Part shown: one piece after another, positions 31,883 to 42,583 of the stretch
Layout: every line of letters starts with the position of its first letter
How positions within the stretch are numbered: the first letter of the stretch is position 1
DNA from: Nitrosopumilus sp.
GTDB taxonomy: Archaea; Thermoproteota; Nitrososphaeria; Nitrososphaerales; Nitrosopumilaceae
Direction of reading: 5' to 3'
DNA: 64,000 nucleotides
NCBI GenBank assembly: GCA_965238275.1
Contig: OZ250186.1
Location: 896,001-960,000 of the forward strand
Notes under the pieces: generated by a model
What the model was told of the DNA's origin: nothing
Databases searched by the model: none
The model's input: the letters and a program-made list of their open reading frames with translations, nothing else
Position numbers and translations under genes: made by a program

Positions 31883-32361
31883 TTCCGCATGGCCATGGTA
31901 TTTCTTACAGACGTTCACCGAATTGTCCATTAAAATATAACGTCTGTCGTGGTGTGGGCCGGAGACGCGGGACGCACGCACGCACGACGGCCGTTGCCAA
32001 ACAGATTCGTATGTAACTGCTGCATCCGGAGGATACACTCGGGAAGGGTGCCGGGTAATGCAGACAGGACCGTGTCCCAGTCGTTGTTTCCTCTCTCTAT
32101 GCCACTTTCCATTGGAATTCATCGGTTGTAGGATGGATCGGTGATCCGGGACACCTGGCACCTGACGATCTTTGGAATTTTGTTGCTTTTTTGACGAGGA
32201 TGCGGACAGTATCCCATGTGGCATGCATCCCCCGATCCGGCATCCGTTAGGCACGAATCACACAAGTAATCATACATGTTTTGGAGGTGACATGGGCACA
32301 CATCCGGCGGCTGTAAAAAGTTTTAAATAACTATTTGGTTCAAAACAGACAGGTAAACGCT

Positions 32362-32694
32362 ATGAATACAAAAGTACTTTTAACAGCAACAGTCCTTTCT
32401 GTGTTCTTCATCGGTACCATCGGTTCGACTACTGTGGCATTTGCACAGTATCTCGGCAACGTTGGAGGCCAAGGAGAGACAGGATCACTAACCTTGGAAG
32501 AAGCCCTTAAGGTTCAGGCAGACCGTATTGAGTCTGTAAAAAACAACCCTGGAGCCGGATCAGGAACACCATATCTTGATGCAAACGGCGTCGTTGGCGC
32601 ATCAGTCATAGCCGGTGCAGTATTTGGCGGTATTGCAGGAGCCTTCTTCATCAGAGGAAGATCCGGCAAGTATGCTGCCATGGGCAGAGGATAG
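32362..32694 (+). CDS. amo-cluster membrane protein with signal peptide (candidate accessory AMO subunit of AmoY/AmoZ type)
   Basis: Signal peptide plus C-terminal TM helix; oligo-T tract after the stop; lies near amoB. The Y versus Z assignment is not verified. Confidence 0.6.
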   Translation: MNTKVLLTATVLSVFFIGTIGSTTVAFAQYLGNVGGQGETGSLTLEEALKVQADRIESVKNNPGAGSGTPYLDANGVVGASVIAGAVFGGIAGAFFIRGRSGKYAAMGRG

Positions 32695-33009
32695 TCACGT
32701 ATCTTTTTTTCCCTTTTTTTGTTACAGTTGCCTAGACTCTATGCGTAATTTGACATTGGGCAAACATCGACTGGGCATTCATTTGCGCCGTATGGCCAGA
32801 GACTAGGCATTGCGATCCGCCGACGCGTTCCATTCTTGCAGTACATCATGCGATCTGGATCGGCTTCTGCATGGCCATGCCGCGATCGCACGTCCCACCA
32901 TAACCGTAAAGATCAAAAGCAAATCCAACCTGATGCTCTGTAGAATGCCGGTTCCGGGTCTCATACAGGCGGTAAACAACTTTTGGGACTACAATTAACC
33001 GTGTCAAGA

Positions 33010-34222
33010 GGGTGTGTCCTAGTAATAAAAAATGCCATCCCATGTGCCAAGATGTCAAAGACACGATTGGTGCCAGAACCCGTCGGCATCAACAGTGCAG
33101 CACCGTCGATCCCCCACAACCCATAAAATCCCCCAAATCCAAGACGCTGTGCGGAGGCTCCGCTAGGAGGCGCGTGTCAAGACGCGCCGGTTACGCTGCA
33201 AGTATCGCGATTTGATCCTGTGTGAGCCTACCGTCTTTTGCCTGCAATCTGGCCACGAGCTCGACGTTGTAGCACATGATGCGGATCGCAACCTCATTTG
33301 CCCGGTTCTCGTGTTTTCGGCATCTGGTGCCATCCCCGTACATCTTCTTGAGGGCGGCAAAGACTGCCTCGATGATGCTCCGCTGGTGGTACTGCGAATC
33401 AAATTTGTCCCGATCATCCATGTACAGGCTCACCATCTCGCGCCACGACTGGCTTCCCTTGGCGTTGCGTACGGTGTTGGACTTTGGCTTGATGCGGGGC
33501 ACCATTCCCATGGCAGATATCATGTTGCACATGAGCCTTGCCAGGTACGCAGAATCCAGGCAAAAGTCGCCGGTGCCCCGGCTTAGCCTGCAGAGCATCA
33601 CATACAACCCGTTTATGTCTGCCACCGCGCTGTCTGTCACCATGCAGTCGATTATCACCCTGGTGCGGATATCCACGATTGCGTGCAGTTTGACCCATCC
33701 CTTCCTGGTGCGAAAACTGTCGGTCCTGACGTCAAGCCACCTGACAAACCGCAGGTACGAGTATCCGGTGCTGTCTGCTGCCAGGGAGCCTGCCTCCACC
33801 TCCCTGATGGCAATCCGGTGTGCCTCTGCCAGATACCATTCCGGGATCAGGCCGTAGGCGCGCGCTATCGTGCTCTTGGAGGGAATCCGGTCCAGGCCCA
33901 TCTTACCTGCCATGGTGCCGTTATTCCGGAGAATGCCGACCATCTTACGGTAGGTCGTGCGCTGTGCCTCAAGCATGATGCAGACAGCTGCCATGGCGCC
34001 AGGCGGATATGCAGTCATGCCGCCCAGGCCGGGCCTGACGGCGTACGGATTCCCAAGCTCCTTGATTATTCCCAGCACGGTATTCAGCATGAGACCAGAC
34101 AGGTACTGCTGAACCAAATCGTATTGTCGTTGATCGCGTTTCTTTGTAGTCATTAGGCGATGCCGTGATCTGCCGATCCATATCTTTTGTCATCCGGGGG
34201 TATATGTCTCTAGGACACACCC
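33010..34222 (-). mobile_element. IS5-family insertion sequence A
   Basis: 13-bp TIR GGGTGTGTCCTAG/CTAGGACACACCC; 9-bp TSD GTGTCAAGA at 33001-33009 and 34223-34231. Confidence 0.92.
33191..34153 (-). CDS. IS5-family DDE transposase
   Basis: AADSTG, WVKLHAIVD, LDSAY, YHQRSIIEAVF. Confidence 0.9.
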   Translation of the reverse strand: MTTKKRDQRQYDLVQQYLSGLMLNTVLGIIKELGNPYAVRPGLGGMTAYPPGAMAAVCIMLEAQRTTYRKMVGILRNNGTMAGKMGLDRIPSKSTIARAYGLIPEWYLAEAHRIAIREVEAGSLAADSTGYSYLRFVRWLDVRTDSFRTRKGWVKLHAIVDIRTRVIIDCMVTDSAVADINGLYVMLCRLSRGTGDFCLDSAYLARLMCNMISAMGMVPRIKPKSNTVRNAKGSQSWREMVSLYMDDRDKFDSQYHQRSIIEAVFAALKKMYGDGTRCRKHENRANEVAIRIMCYNVELVARLQAKDGRLTQDQIAILAA

Positions 34223-34267
34223 GTGTCAAGAGAAATGTATATATCTCACAAATAGAGCTAAAAATAC

Positions 34268-34537
34268 ATGACTCCTATCATAGGTACCTTCCTAAGTATG
34301 CTGTCTTCATTGACAGGACAGCTGGGACCAAACTATGATCCATTGTTCTACGATGTAATGATTTACATCTTCGGAACCATGATGTTCACAATATTCCTTC
34401 TTGGAATCATATCATTCTGGTTGCGTGTACACGGCTGGGCCTACAAGGACAACCGAGAAAGATGGGTCGACGAACTGGACAGACACTTCGAACGAGAAGG
34501 CATTGGTCTTATTCCAGACAACGGTAAATACTGGTAG
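34268..34537 (+). CDS. amo-cluster single-TM protein (candidate accessory AMO subunit of AmoY/AmoZ type)
   Basis: 89 aa, one TM helix, TATA box upstream, oligo-T terminator, amo synteny. Confidence 0.6.
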   Translation: MTPIIGTFLSMLSSLTGQLGPNYDPLFYDVMIYIFGTMMFTIFLLGIISFWLRVHGWAYKDNRERWVDELDRHFEREGIGLIPDNGKYW

Positions 34538-34751
34538 AACCATTTTTCCCTTTTCATTATTTTAGAATCACCCGTACTGCGTGGTTTCGATACATGACAC
34601 GCTGATCTGGCCGATCTACATCATCATCATCTGTCAGTCTGAATCCGTGCCGGTCCTGGCCGTGCAGTGAGATGTGTTCAAAACATGGTCCTGCGTTAGT
34701 ACGTGTGCAGAACCTGAAAGCGCCTGCTGCTGCTGCCAGGCACCCGCCCTG

Positions 34752-35279
34752 CTAGCTCTCAGGCGGAAGAAAGTCCTTGCCCTCTGATGCTTCATGTTCC
34801 TTTGAGGTAAATTCTGCACGGTAGTGCTTTCCGTCCTGCAATGGGTGGTTGATAAAACTAGGCGACAGCGTGTCGTCTACATATACTGCAGACTCTTTCT
34901 GATTCATGTCTTTCAGTGGAAACTCCCACATCCACAAAAAGTGGCCTATCTCATACGGATACTCCTCTTCCCATTCTGCATAGATCGTTCCATCCCCTGC
35001 CAGCGTGTACATGCTTCTTTGACAGCTGTCATTGATTCCAACGTTGGCCGGAATGTCTGCCTTCTTGCCGTCAACGATCAGTTCCAGCGTAGCCCTGATC
35101 TTGTATGGCGTGTCCTTGTCATCAATGCATGCCTTGAGCGGGTCATTTGGATTGACCACATACTGGAAGGCAGAACTTGCAGCAGCCGCAGAGACGCCGA
35201 TGATTGCAGTGATTATCAGGAATTTGATCGTCTTCTTTCTCTTGTAGGGATCACTGGTTCCTGGCCAAATCAACATCAC
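34752..35279 (-). CDS. Membrane-anchored hypothetical protein
   Basis: N-terminal TM helix; IPANVGI...C motif. Confidence 0.7.
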   Translation of the reverse strand: MMLIWPGTSDPYKRKKTIKFLIITAIIGVSAAAASSAFQYVVNPNDPLKACIDDKDTPYKIRATLELIVDGKKADIPANVGINDSCQRSMYTLAGDGTIYAEWEEEYPYEIGHFLWMWEFPLKDMNQKESAVYVDDTLSPSFINHPLQDGKHYRAEFTSKEHEASEGKDFLPPES

Positions 35280-35526
35280 TGTTCCCCTTGAATCCTTTAA
35301 AGTTCTTTTCCTCGCCGTGTGGGCGTGTGTGGGAGTTATGTCAGATCGCCGTTTGTGCCCCCACCTTCCTTAGGGCAGATGCAGCAGTATGGGGTCGCAT
35401 GGGTTGGTCAAATACAAGTTAAGGTCAGGCGGTGCATGCTGCCGATGGGCCCTGTCAGGCCCAGTATTCCTGGCGCATCTTACGCAAACAGGCTTCCCCG
35501 TGGATTCGGGCATGCCTGCATGATTC

Positions 35527-35841
35527 TCATCCGTACATGATCTCAATCGTGTCCAGCCTGTCCTGGTGGTCTGCAAGAAAGTATGTAATTACATCCGAGT
35601 CGATCTCAAGCCACTCCGATCTTCCCCTGTATGGAATATAATCCTCGACATACAGATCCTTGGGTCCTGTCAGTCTGACTATCAAGCTGCCCCCGGTGGC
35701 TTCTATCTCAAATGGCAGTTTGAGTACCTTGCCTCTTCTCTGATTCTGAATGTTTACCTTGAACTTGTCAGAACGGAATGTTACATCGCCGAAGAAGTAG
35801 CTCTGGGATATGTCAAGCCTGTCTATCTTGAAGCTTAGCAT
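35527..35841 (-). CDS. Hypothetical protein downstream of amoB
   Basis: 104-aa ORF with own TATA-like element (CCTTAAAC on the minus strand). Confidence 0.7.
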   Translation of the reverse strand: MLSFKIDRLDISQSYFFGDVTFRSDKFKVNIQNQRRGKVLKLPFEIEATGGSLIVRLTGPKDLYVEDYIPYRGRSEWLEIDSDVITYFLADHQDRLDTIEIMYG

Positions 35842-35905
35842 GCCATTCCATGAAAGGTAAAACACGGTTTAAGGTTATTGGAAAATGAAAAGGAAAAGGG
35901 TGATT

Positions 35906-36475
35906 TTAGATTACTTGCCAGGGTCGTGTCGCAAACGTAATGACATATCCAACACCAATTATGATTGACTGGTATGCGATGTTGGTATATGGGATTGGTT
36001 TGATGATTGGTTCCCCTTCAACAACTACTGTCTGACCTGGACCAAGTCCGGGACCGACACTTGCTACGTTGAGCTGGGTGTGTACGTGATATACCCCTGC
36101 CTCTAGTGCCTTTGCAGAAAGGGAGTAGTTGATTTCACCGTTGCCTTCAATATCAAAGACGTTTCCGGGTGGATCTCTTGATAGCATCTCCCATCTGTTT
36201 CCTGCGTTAGTAGACTCTGAGAATATTGATATCCATCCTCTGAGATCTCTCTCCACTAGGCTGACCAGTTTTCCCTCAAGTACCAAGGTTTCACCAGTCT
36301 GCAGGGATTGTCTGTTGAAGGTCTCGTCTTCGATTCTAATGAAGCGACTCTGGAGTTGTGCCTGGACACCGTGTGCCTCTGCAGGTGGGAGTATGACTTC
36401 AACCCAGTTGAAGCCCAACGTTCCAAGTGCGAGTACCACAGCAAGTCCAACTGCGAACATTCTTTTTTCGACCAT
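35906..36475 (-). CDS. amoB: Ammonia monooxygenase subunit B
   Basis: AEAHGVQAQLQSRF, YHVHTQLNV, TFATRPWQVI. Confidence 0.97.
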   Translation of the reverse strand: MVEKRMFAVGLAVVLALGTLGFNWVEVILPPAEAHGVQAQLQSRFIRIEDETFNRQSLQTGETLVLEGKLVSLVERDLRGWISIFSESTNAGNRWEMLSRDPPGNVFDIEGNGEINYSLSAKALEAGVYHVHTQLNVASVGPGLGPGQTVVVEGEPIIKPIPYTNIAYQSIIIGVGYVITFATRPWQVI

Positions 36476-36727
36476 AGTTATCCCTAATAATCAGAAAATC
36501 ACATACGTCGTTATATGTTTTACTTTCATCCGGGGTAATTGTCTTATTGGTTGTTTATCATCAATGATTAGCAATGAAAGCCAGCAAAATGTAATAAAAT
36601 TTTTTTATAAAATGATATGTTATATGGAATTATTTACATTGAAACCTGAAATAATTATTAAAAAATTAGCCAAAATTTCCGTCAAAGGAGAGTCTTACTT
36701 TATATGTAGATCTTACAGAATAGATCT
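36476..36727. promoter_or_regulatory. Divergent amoB/amoC promoter region
   Basis: Very AT-rich intergenic region; TTTATATG about 25-30 bp upstream of amoC. Confidence 0.65.
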
Positions 36728-37291
36728 ATGGCACAAATGCCGGCATTAATCCCAAAGGAAGTTGAGATCCAGAGACTAAAGAAGATCTGGCTCATCGTCA
36801 TTGCTATGGGATCAACTGCTGCGTCAGTCGAAGTAGACAACTTCGTAGATGGTTCCCTACATCAGACCTCTATCAGAGACAGTGCATTCACCCCAGCACA
36901 CTGGTGGCTGTACTCACACTTTGTTGCATTACCACTTGGATGGGGTGCAGCAGCAATCTATGATAGAAAGGTTCCAATTCTCAGAGGTCCAAACAACTCA
37001 ATGAACACCGGATTGAAGATGACCATTCTTGGTTACCTTGCAACCATGTTTACAATTGGAATCAACGAGATGTGGCACTTTTGGTTTGTAGAGGAGATCT
37101 TTGCTGTTCCAAACCATTGGATGTTTAACATGGGTGTCGTAGTGGCATTCATGGGCGCACTTGCATACGTGGTCAGGGTATATGCCCGACTAGTAGAGCT
37201 TGGTGCAGAGACTCCAGGTGAGAACCCGTACGTTGCAGAAATGTACAAGATGGCCTTGGAAGGCAAGCTGTACAGCAGATCAATCCCATAA
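36728..37291 (+). CDS. amoC: Ammonia monooxygenase subunit C
   Basis: MAQMPALIPKEVEIQRLKKIW, DGSLHQTSIRDSAFTPAH, NEMWHFWFVEEIF. Confidence 0.98.
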   Translation: MAQMPALIPKEVEIQRLKKIWLIVIAMGSTAASVEVDNFVDGSLHQTSIRDSAFTPAHWWLYSHFVALPLGWGAAAIYDRKVPILRGPNNSMNTGLKMTILGYLATMFTIGINEMWHFWFVEEIFAVPNHWMFNMGVVVAFMGALAYVVRVYARLVELGAETPGENPYVAEMYKMALEGKLYSRSIP

Positions 37292-37696
37292 TCCTATGTG
37301 CAAATTAGCACATTTTTTATTGGTTCAAAGGCAGATGACTTGCCGCATCTGTGCCAGACAAACGGATCCGTCCATGCAGAATGAATCCATGTGACTAGGG
37401 CAAGGGAGTTCGGGTAAAACTGGGCACGTCAAACCGAGAACCATGAACGGGTAGGGATTTTTTGTTCCTTGCTCCGGATGGCCGCCATCGCATCATCAGA
37501 TCTGCTCCTGTGACGCGTTTTGACATGGTGTCTCCCAGGATATACAAATCCGTGTCTGAATGACGAAATGATCCGACTGGGATATGAGATCGCATGTACC
37601 GTGGTTCTGATCCGGAATCATGCGCCGAGACGGATCCGTGTACCTTTTCATGCCTGATGTGGCGTTGTTTGTGGACTGTCCTGGGCCATACAATTA

Positions 37697-39050
37697 AACT
37701 CTGTTTCCTAATTACGCTCGACACAGATACTCGTCTGTGCAATTCTGCCTACGTCGTCGTCTTGCCCCCTTCCCTTGCAGTCCTTGGGCCGGGCTTGTAG
37801 GCTTGCACGATCCTTGGCGTGCCGTACCCGTTGTCGATTGCAGTATCGATCATCTGGTTGTACAGCTGCACCTTTCCGTATATCTCGGCCTTGACGTTCT
37901 CCCACTTGCGCGCGCTTATGCACTCGCCCAACACCCGCTTGAACGTGGAAAATACAATCTCGACTGACCACCGGTCGTTGTACCCTGACTCCCTGCGCCA
38001 CGCCTTCTGGAATTCCCTCTTTTGTTCGCGCGTGAGGCCTGCAAACTTGCGTTCTGCCGTCTTGTCCATGCAGTCCAGGTCCCCCAGCTGCCTGAATCCT
38101 GCCTCCTTGCGGGGCATGCACCCGTTCGCCTTTCCGGCAAAGTCGATGCGGACGGGAATCAGCGGCTCGATTCCCTGCTCGTCGCAGTACCTGCGGATCT
38201 TCTGGGTGTCGTACGCGCCGTCGGCTGCCGCCTTGGTGCCTGCAGAAGTGTCTGAGTTTGGTGATTTTTTTGCATTTGCAAGGGCCTGCCCCACCAGTTC
38301 CTCAAACTGCGGAGAGTCCCCGCACTTGTCGTCGGTTATGGCCACGGCGTAGATCTTTTTGGTTTTGGCATCCACCCCGACGTGCAGCTTTATGAAGCCC
38401 CGCCTGGTCCCCCACTTTTCTGTCATCCAGTCGCCGCGGTTTGTGGGCTTGAGTCCAGTGGAGTCGAAGGCAAACAGCTTGATCTCGGCCCGGGTGCCGC
38501 CGTCTGAGAACCACGCAGAAGCCGTGCCGCTACCATCATCATTGTCTGCAACAGTGCAGCCAAGCTTGGTCATCCTCTTCTGGAACGCCGAGTACGTGGG
38601 CGCGTTTTCCTTGCCGACTATCGTCTCTGCCAGACCCTGGAGCTGCCTGTACCTTATGCCGGTGGCGTTTTTGAACAGGGATGCTGCTGCAAAGCACGCG
38701 TTTGAAAATACGTACGGGCGGCCTACCTTCCCGCAGTTTAGCTTCTCGACTCCCTGAGTCAGGATCTCCGGGCTTATCTGGAGCGTCCACAACTGGCCGC
38801 GGTCTATGTACCTGCGGTCATCGTACTGGAACCGGCGTTCTTTGGATTTGAAAGATTTTTTAGCCTCATGCGTGCCCGTTTTGTCTGGAGAGGATGTGTT
38901 TTCAGTCATGGCGATAACCTGACTGTCTGCACACCTCTCTGATCAATACGGTTTTCTATTGAAGATGTTTGATATTATGTTCAAATTCAACTGATCTGGC
39001 CTAATTCTGAACCTGCTGGGTGTGACTGGCGATAATTAGGAAACAGAGTT
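37697..39050 (-). mobile_element. IS5-family (IS903-like) insertion sequence B between amoC and amoX
   Basis: 18-bp TIR AACTCTGTTTCCTAATTA/TAATTAGGAAACAGAGTT; 8-bp TSD TACAATTA at 37689-37696 and 39051-39058. Confidence 0.92.
37749..38909 (-). CDS. IS5-family DDE transposase
   Basis: FDSTGLK, FIKLHVGVD, ADGAYD, GYNDRWSVEIVF. Confidence 0.92.
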   Translation of the reverse strand: MTENTSSPDKTGTHEAKKSFKSKERRFQYDDRRYIDRGQLWTLQISPEILTQGVEKLNCGKVGRPYVFSNACFAAASLFKNATGIRYRQLQGLAETIVGKENAPTYSAFQKRMTKLGCTVADNDDGSGTASAWFSDGGTRAEIKLFAFDSTGLKPTNRGDWMTEKWGTRRGFIKLHVGVDAKTKKIYAVAITDDKCGDSPQFEELVGQALANAKKSPNSDTSAGTKAAADGAYDTQKIRRYCDEQGIEPLIPVRIDFAGKANGCMPRKEAGFRQLGDLDCMDKTAERKFAGLTREQKREFQKAWRRESGYNDRWSVEIVFSTFKRVLGECISARKWENVKAEIYGKVQLYNQMIDTAIDNGYGTPRIVQAYKPGPRTAREGGKTTT

Positions 39051-39098
39051 TACAATTAAGAAAGATTTAAAAGGATTCTAAAACACCATAATCTCATA

Positions 39099-39461
39099 AT
39101 GACTCTTCCAAAGGGATTCGGATCTGGCAGTGCTGGTGGTTCATCAAGCGCTGATGTAGAACGAATGATTGGAAAACGCGTTGAAAATATGACCGGTGTG
39201 ATTACAGTCTCATACTGGGCAGCATTGTTGGCCACTTTTGGCGGTACTGCAGCTGGATACTTTTATTATCCTTGGGCATATCCCACACCAAGCGGTCACT
39301 ATGCATTCATCGTACTTGCAATCATCGAGGCAATAGGTTACATCTTCTGTGTCAAGGTCATGGAAGAAGGTTCCAACAAGAATAGTAATGGTATAGTTGG
39401 CGGAAGTATTGCTGCTTCAGTGGCATTCGTGCTGTTTGTATCATTGTTTGTTGGTAACTAA
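39099..39461 (+). CDS. amoX: Ammonia monooxygenase subunit X
   Basis: MTLPKGFG...YPWAYP...; directly upstream of amoA. Confidence 0.9.
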   Translation: MTLPKGFGSGSAGGSSSADVERMIGKRVENMTGVITVSYWAALLATFGGTAAGYFYYPWAYPTPSGHYAFIVLAIIEAIGYIFCVKVMEEGSNKNSNGIVGGSIAASVAFVLFVSLFVGN

Positions 39462-40072
39462 CTTCGTAGAAATCCTCAGCACACCTCTTTTTCATTTTAG
39501 GATAAAAGCAACGTCTGTACAAGCACGCAAAAACACATAGTCGATCAGTCGCGTTTCCTTGTCTTTTTCTGAGATCCTCCCCGGTTTCTTCCTGAATAGC
39601 GGAGCGACTTGGCGTAAGCCCTGTTTGGCTCACTGCATGCCCTGGCTGCATTCCATGCTGCTGTTCTGCAGGACATGTTTTGGGCGGTGTTGTTCCGCGT
39701 TCTCTCCTGGTCCGAACGCCATTCCGATTGTATCTGCGCGGGTTTTGTGCACGTGACTGCCGGCGCTTTTGATGGATTGCACCTCCGTACTTCAGGCAGG
39801 TTGTTCCATTTATGATAGTGGCGCATCTGCCATGCCGCCTCTTATGGAACGGCTTGGTCCATGCCGCCTGCGTCCATGTCTGGCCACGCCAGATGCCTTT
39901 CAGGTCCCTGGCAACAACCACGAGTACGCAAGATCGCAAAATGGGCACAGTCTGCCATTTCCGGCAAAATCTCCATACATGGGTCCTGAATGGGGGGTTT
40001 TGGGCATTTGGGCATGCAATTACCGTAAATGCACTCTAAAATTTTATATATTGACGATTTTCTAAACTGTTT

Positions 40073-40723
40073 ATGGTCTGGTTAAGACGATGTACCCACT
40101 ACTTGTTCATAGTAGTAGTTGCAGTTAACTCTACACTGTTAACGATTAATGCAGGTGACTACATCTTCTACACTGATTGGGCCTGGACTTCGTACACGGT
40201 ATTCTCAATATCGCAGACGTTGATGCTTGTTGTAGGTGCAACATACTACCTAACATTTACAGGCGTTCCAGGTACCGCGACGTACTACGCCCTGATTATG
40301 ACAGTCTATACATGGATAGCCAAAGGCGCATGGTTTTCCCTTGGATATCCATATGACTTCATTGTGACGCCAGTCTGGTTGCCATCCGCAATGCTATTGG
40401 ATTTGGTGTACTGGGCGACGAAGAAGAACAAACACTCGTTGATATTGTTCGGCGGCGTACTTGTAGGAATGTCATTGCCATTGTTCAACATGGTAAACCT
40501 GATAACAGTCGCAGACCCACTAGAAACGGCATTCAAATACCCAAGACCGACACTGCCACCATACATGACACCGATAGAACCGCAGGTAGGCAAGTTCTAT
40601 AACAGCCCAGTTGCTCTCGGTGCAGGTGCAGGTGCAGTCTTGGCATGTACGTTTGCAGCCCTAGGTTGTAAGCTCAATACATGGACTTACAGATGGATGG
40701 CCGCATGGTCCAAGTGGGATTAA
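40073..40723 (+). CDS. amoA: Ammonia monooxygenase subunit A
   Basis: MVWLRRCTHYLFIVVVAVNSTLLTINAGDYIFYTDW. Confidence 0.99.
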   Translation: MVWLRRCTHYLFIVVVAVNSTLLTINAGDYIFYTDWAWTSYTVFSISQTLMLVVGATYYLTFTGVPGTATYYALIMTVYTWIAKGAWFSLGYPYDFIVTPVWLPSAMLLDLVYWATKKNKHSLILFGGVLVGMSLPLFNMVNLITVADPLETAFKYPRPTLPPYMTPIEPQVGKFYNSPVALGAGAGAVLACTFAALGCKLNTWTYRWMAAWSKWD

Positions 40724-40922
40724 GCCCAACCTTCCTTTTCCTTTTCTAAGTATCTCCTAGGGTGTACCCTGCATGTCCGATAGGAACCAAGCATGCATTC
40801 GGTCAAACACTGCAATTTACGCCTGAATAAGGGATCATGTCTGACACATGTTCAAAAAAATTACATAGATTGTCACATCTTGTTCCCTATGTCTCGTAAA
40901 CATATTTTTCACGACGGTTGTT

Positions 40923-41777
40923 GTGGTTCAAAGGCAGATTCTTGCGACTTCTAAACCGTTTTTAAAATGGGCAGGTGGGAAGCGCCAGCTGATTCATGTG
41001 CTGAATGAGAACGTCCCTGACACGTTTGGAAGATATTTTGAGCCGTTCCTGGGAGGCGGGGCCCTGCTGTTTCATACGATGGCTACCAGACCCGGGCATG
41101 AGTACAGAGTATCTGATCTAAACCCGGATCTCGTCTGTTCGTATGTTACAATTCGGGACAGGGTGGATGATCTGATCTCCTCCCTTAGGGATCATGAAAT
41201 AAGGTATCATCGTGAACCCCAAGAGTACTATTATGAAGTACGCGCAAGCCGGCCTAATGGTAATGTGGAAAAGACATCCCGGACAATATTTCTGAACCGG
41301 ACCTGTTTTAACGGACTGTATCGGGTCAACAGCAAGGGACTCTTTAACGTGCCTTTTGGGAAATACTCCAACCCCAAAATCGTAAACGAGGACAACCTGC
41401 GCTCTGTGAGTTGGGCCCTGAGGGAAAACGGCGTATCGCTCATGTGTTGCGATTTTGAGTCGATTCTTGATGAGGCCTGTGAGGGTGACTTTGTCTACCT
41501 TGATCCTCCGTACCAGCCGGTGAGTCCTACTGCCAGATTTACCAGTTATACCAAGAAGGATTTTGTAGACGGCGGACTGGAAAGGCTTGCCAGGCTCTGC
41601 ACAAGGCTGGACTCGAAGGGATGCAGGGTTCTCCTCTCAAACTCCGACTCCGAGGAGGTCATTGATCTGTTCTCTTCTAGGCCGTGGAGTATTGACAGGA
41701 TTCGCGCAAACCGTGCGATCAACTCCAACTCCAAAAGAAGGACAGGCCACTTTGAACTTTTGATAAAAAACTACTAG
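40923..41777 (+). CDS. Orphan Dam-like DNA adenine methyltransferase
   Basis: KWAGGK, EPFLGGGA, FNGLYRVN, DPPY. Confidence 0.92.
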   Translation: MVQRQILATSKPFLKWAGGKRQLIHVLNENVPDTFGRYFEPFLGGGALLFHTMATRPGHEYRVSDLNPDLVCSYVTIRDRVDDLISSLRDHEIRYHREPQEYYYEVRASRPNGNVEKTSRTIFLNRTCFNGLYRVNSKGLFNVPFGKYSNPKIVNEDNLRSVSWALRENGVSLMCCDFESILDEACEGDFVYLDPPYQPVSPTARFTSYTKKDFVDGGLERLARLCTRLDSKGCRVLLSNSDSEEVIDLFSSRPWSIDRIRANRAINSNSKRRTGHFELLIKNY

Positions 41778-41898
41778 GGCCGGCGGCATGTTTTGATGCA
41801 GCAGCACCAATTGCATCCCGCGGACTCCTGTCAGGGTGGATTTTGGACGAACATGATTGCCCGTAGCATGATCTGCTACAGATGTTGATGATGAATGA

Positions 41899-41972
41899 AG
41901 CTTCGAGCGGGATCCGGACCCGCGACCTTTACCTTACCAAGGTAACGCTCTACCAGGCTGAGCTATCGAAGC
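41899..41972 (-). tRNA. tRNA-Thr(GGT)
   Basis: Cloverleaf GCTTCGATAGCTCAG...TTACC-TTGGTAA-GGTAA...TCGAAGC. Confidence 0.92.
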
Positions 41973-42072
41973 GATATCTTTCCAAGATGCAAAATCCTTA
42001 TAATTCTTCACGTATGGTGCAATCCTGCTTCTTCTCTAAACTGTTAAATCTTGTACTCATACTTACAATTCC

Positions 42073-42196
42073 GGAGGAGTAATCAAGCCTGGCCAAAGTA
42101 AGTACTTGTACTTTTGGACATGCAGGACTTAAGATCAAATAATGGGTGATCCTGTTCCTAAGGGGTTCGCGGGTTCAAATCCCGCCTCCTCCACCA
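42073..42196 (+). tRNA. tRNA-Leu(TAA) with two introns (42099-42119 in the D-arm; 42134-42148 at 37/38)
   Basis: Removing both segments gives a clean type II cloverleaf with encoded CCA; both junctions fold as bulge-helix-bulge-like motifs. Confidence 0.88.
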
Positions 42197-42583
42197 CTAC
42201 TCCGGATGTCTGACTCCTCTGGCGTTCAGGATCTCATAGACATCAGGCAGTGAGAATACAAATCCTACATGTACACAGTTCTTCTCCTCGCATAGGAAGC
42301 AGAACAGTTCTCCGTTCTGGATTGTGACCTCGACAATCCTGTTTTTGATGTTGTCCTTTAGTATTACGCGATCATCATCTATGCTGATCTTCTCGAGCTT
42401 TGGCGCGTACACTGCAAACGTCTTGTCCTTTTTCATTGCCTCCTCAAGCATGTATGTCACATAACCTGAAAAGCTGTTGACGCCCCTTGTCGCAAGGTCA
42501 TTTTTACTCTGCTCATAGACCTCTTGGAACCTGTCGTAGATGTTCTCCGAAACCGTTATTGATTTGAATCCTGCTTTTGGCAA
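42197..42583 (-). CDS. Hypothetical protein (N-terminal ribbon-helix-helix-like, C-terminal Cys/His zinc motif)
   Basis: KSITVSE N-terminus; CFLCEEKNCVH. Confidence 0.7.
   Translation of the reverse strand: MPKAGFKSITVSENIYDRFQEVYEQSKNDLATRGVNSFSGYVTYMLEEAMKKDKTFAVYAPKLEKISIDDDRVILKDNIKNRIVEVTIQNGELFCFLCEEKNCVHVGFVFSLPDVYEILNARGVRHPE

Noticed and set aside
31883-32254. N-terminal extension of the helicase ORF (also the extensions at 59005-59346 and 587-766)
   Set aside because: These have intergenic-like composition, and better starts lie downstream.
39358-39948. 196-aa minus-strand ORF between amoX and amoA
   Set aside because: It overlaps amoX and has no recognisable domain. A faint IS5-like GLTPSRSAI segment is too weak to call a remnant.
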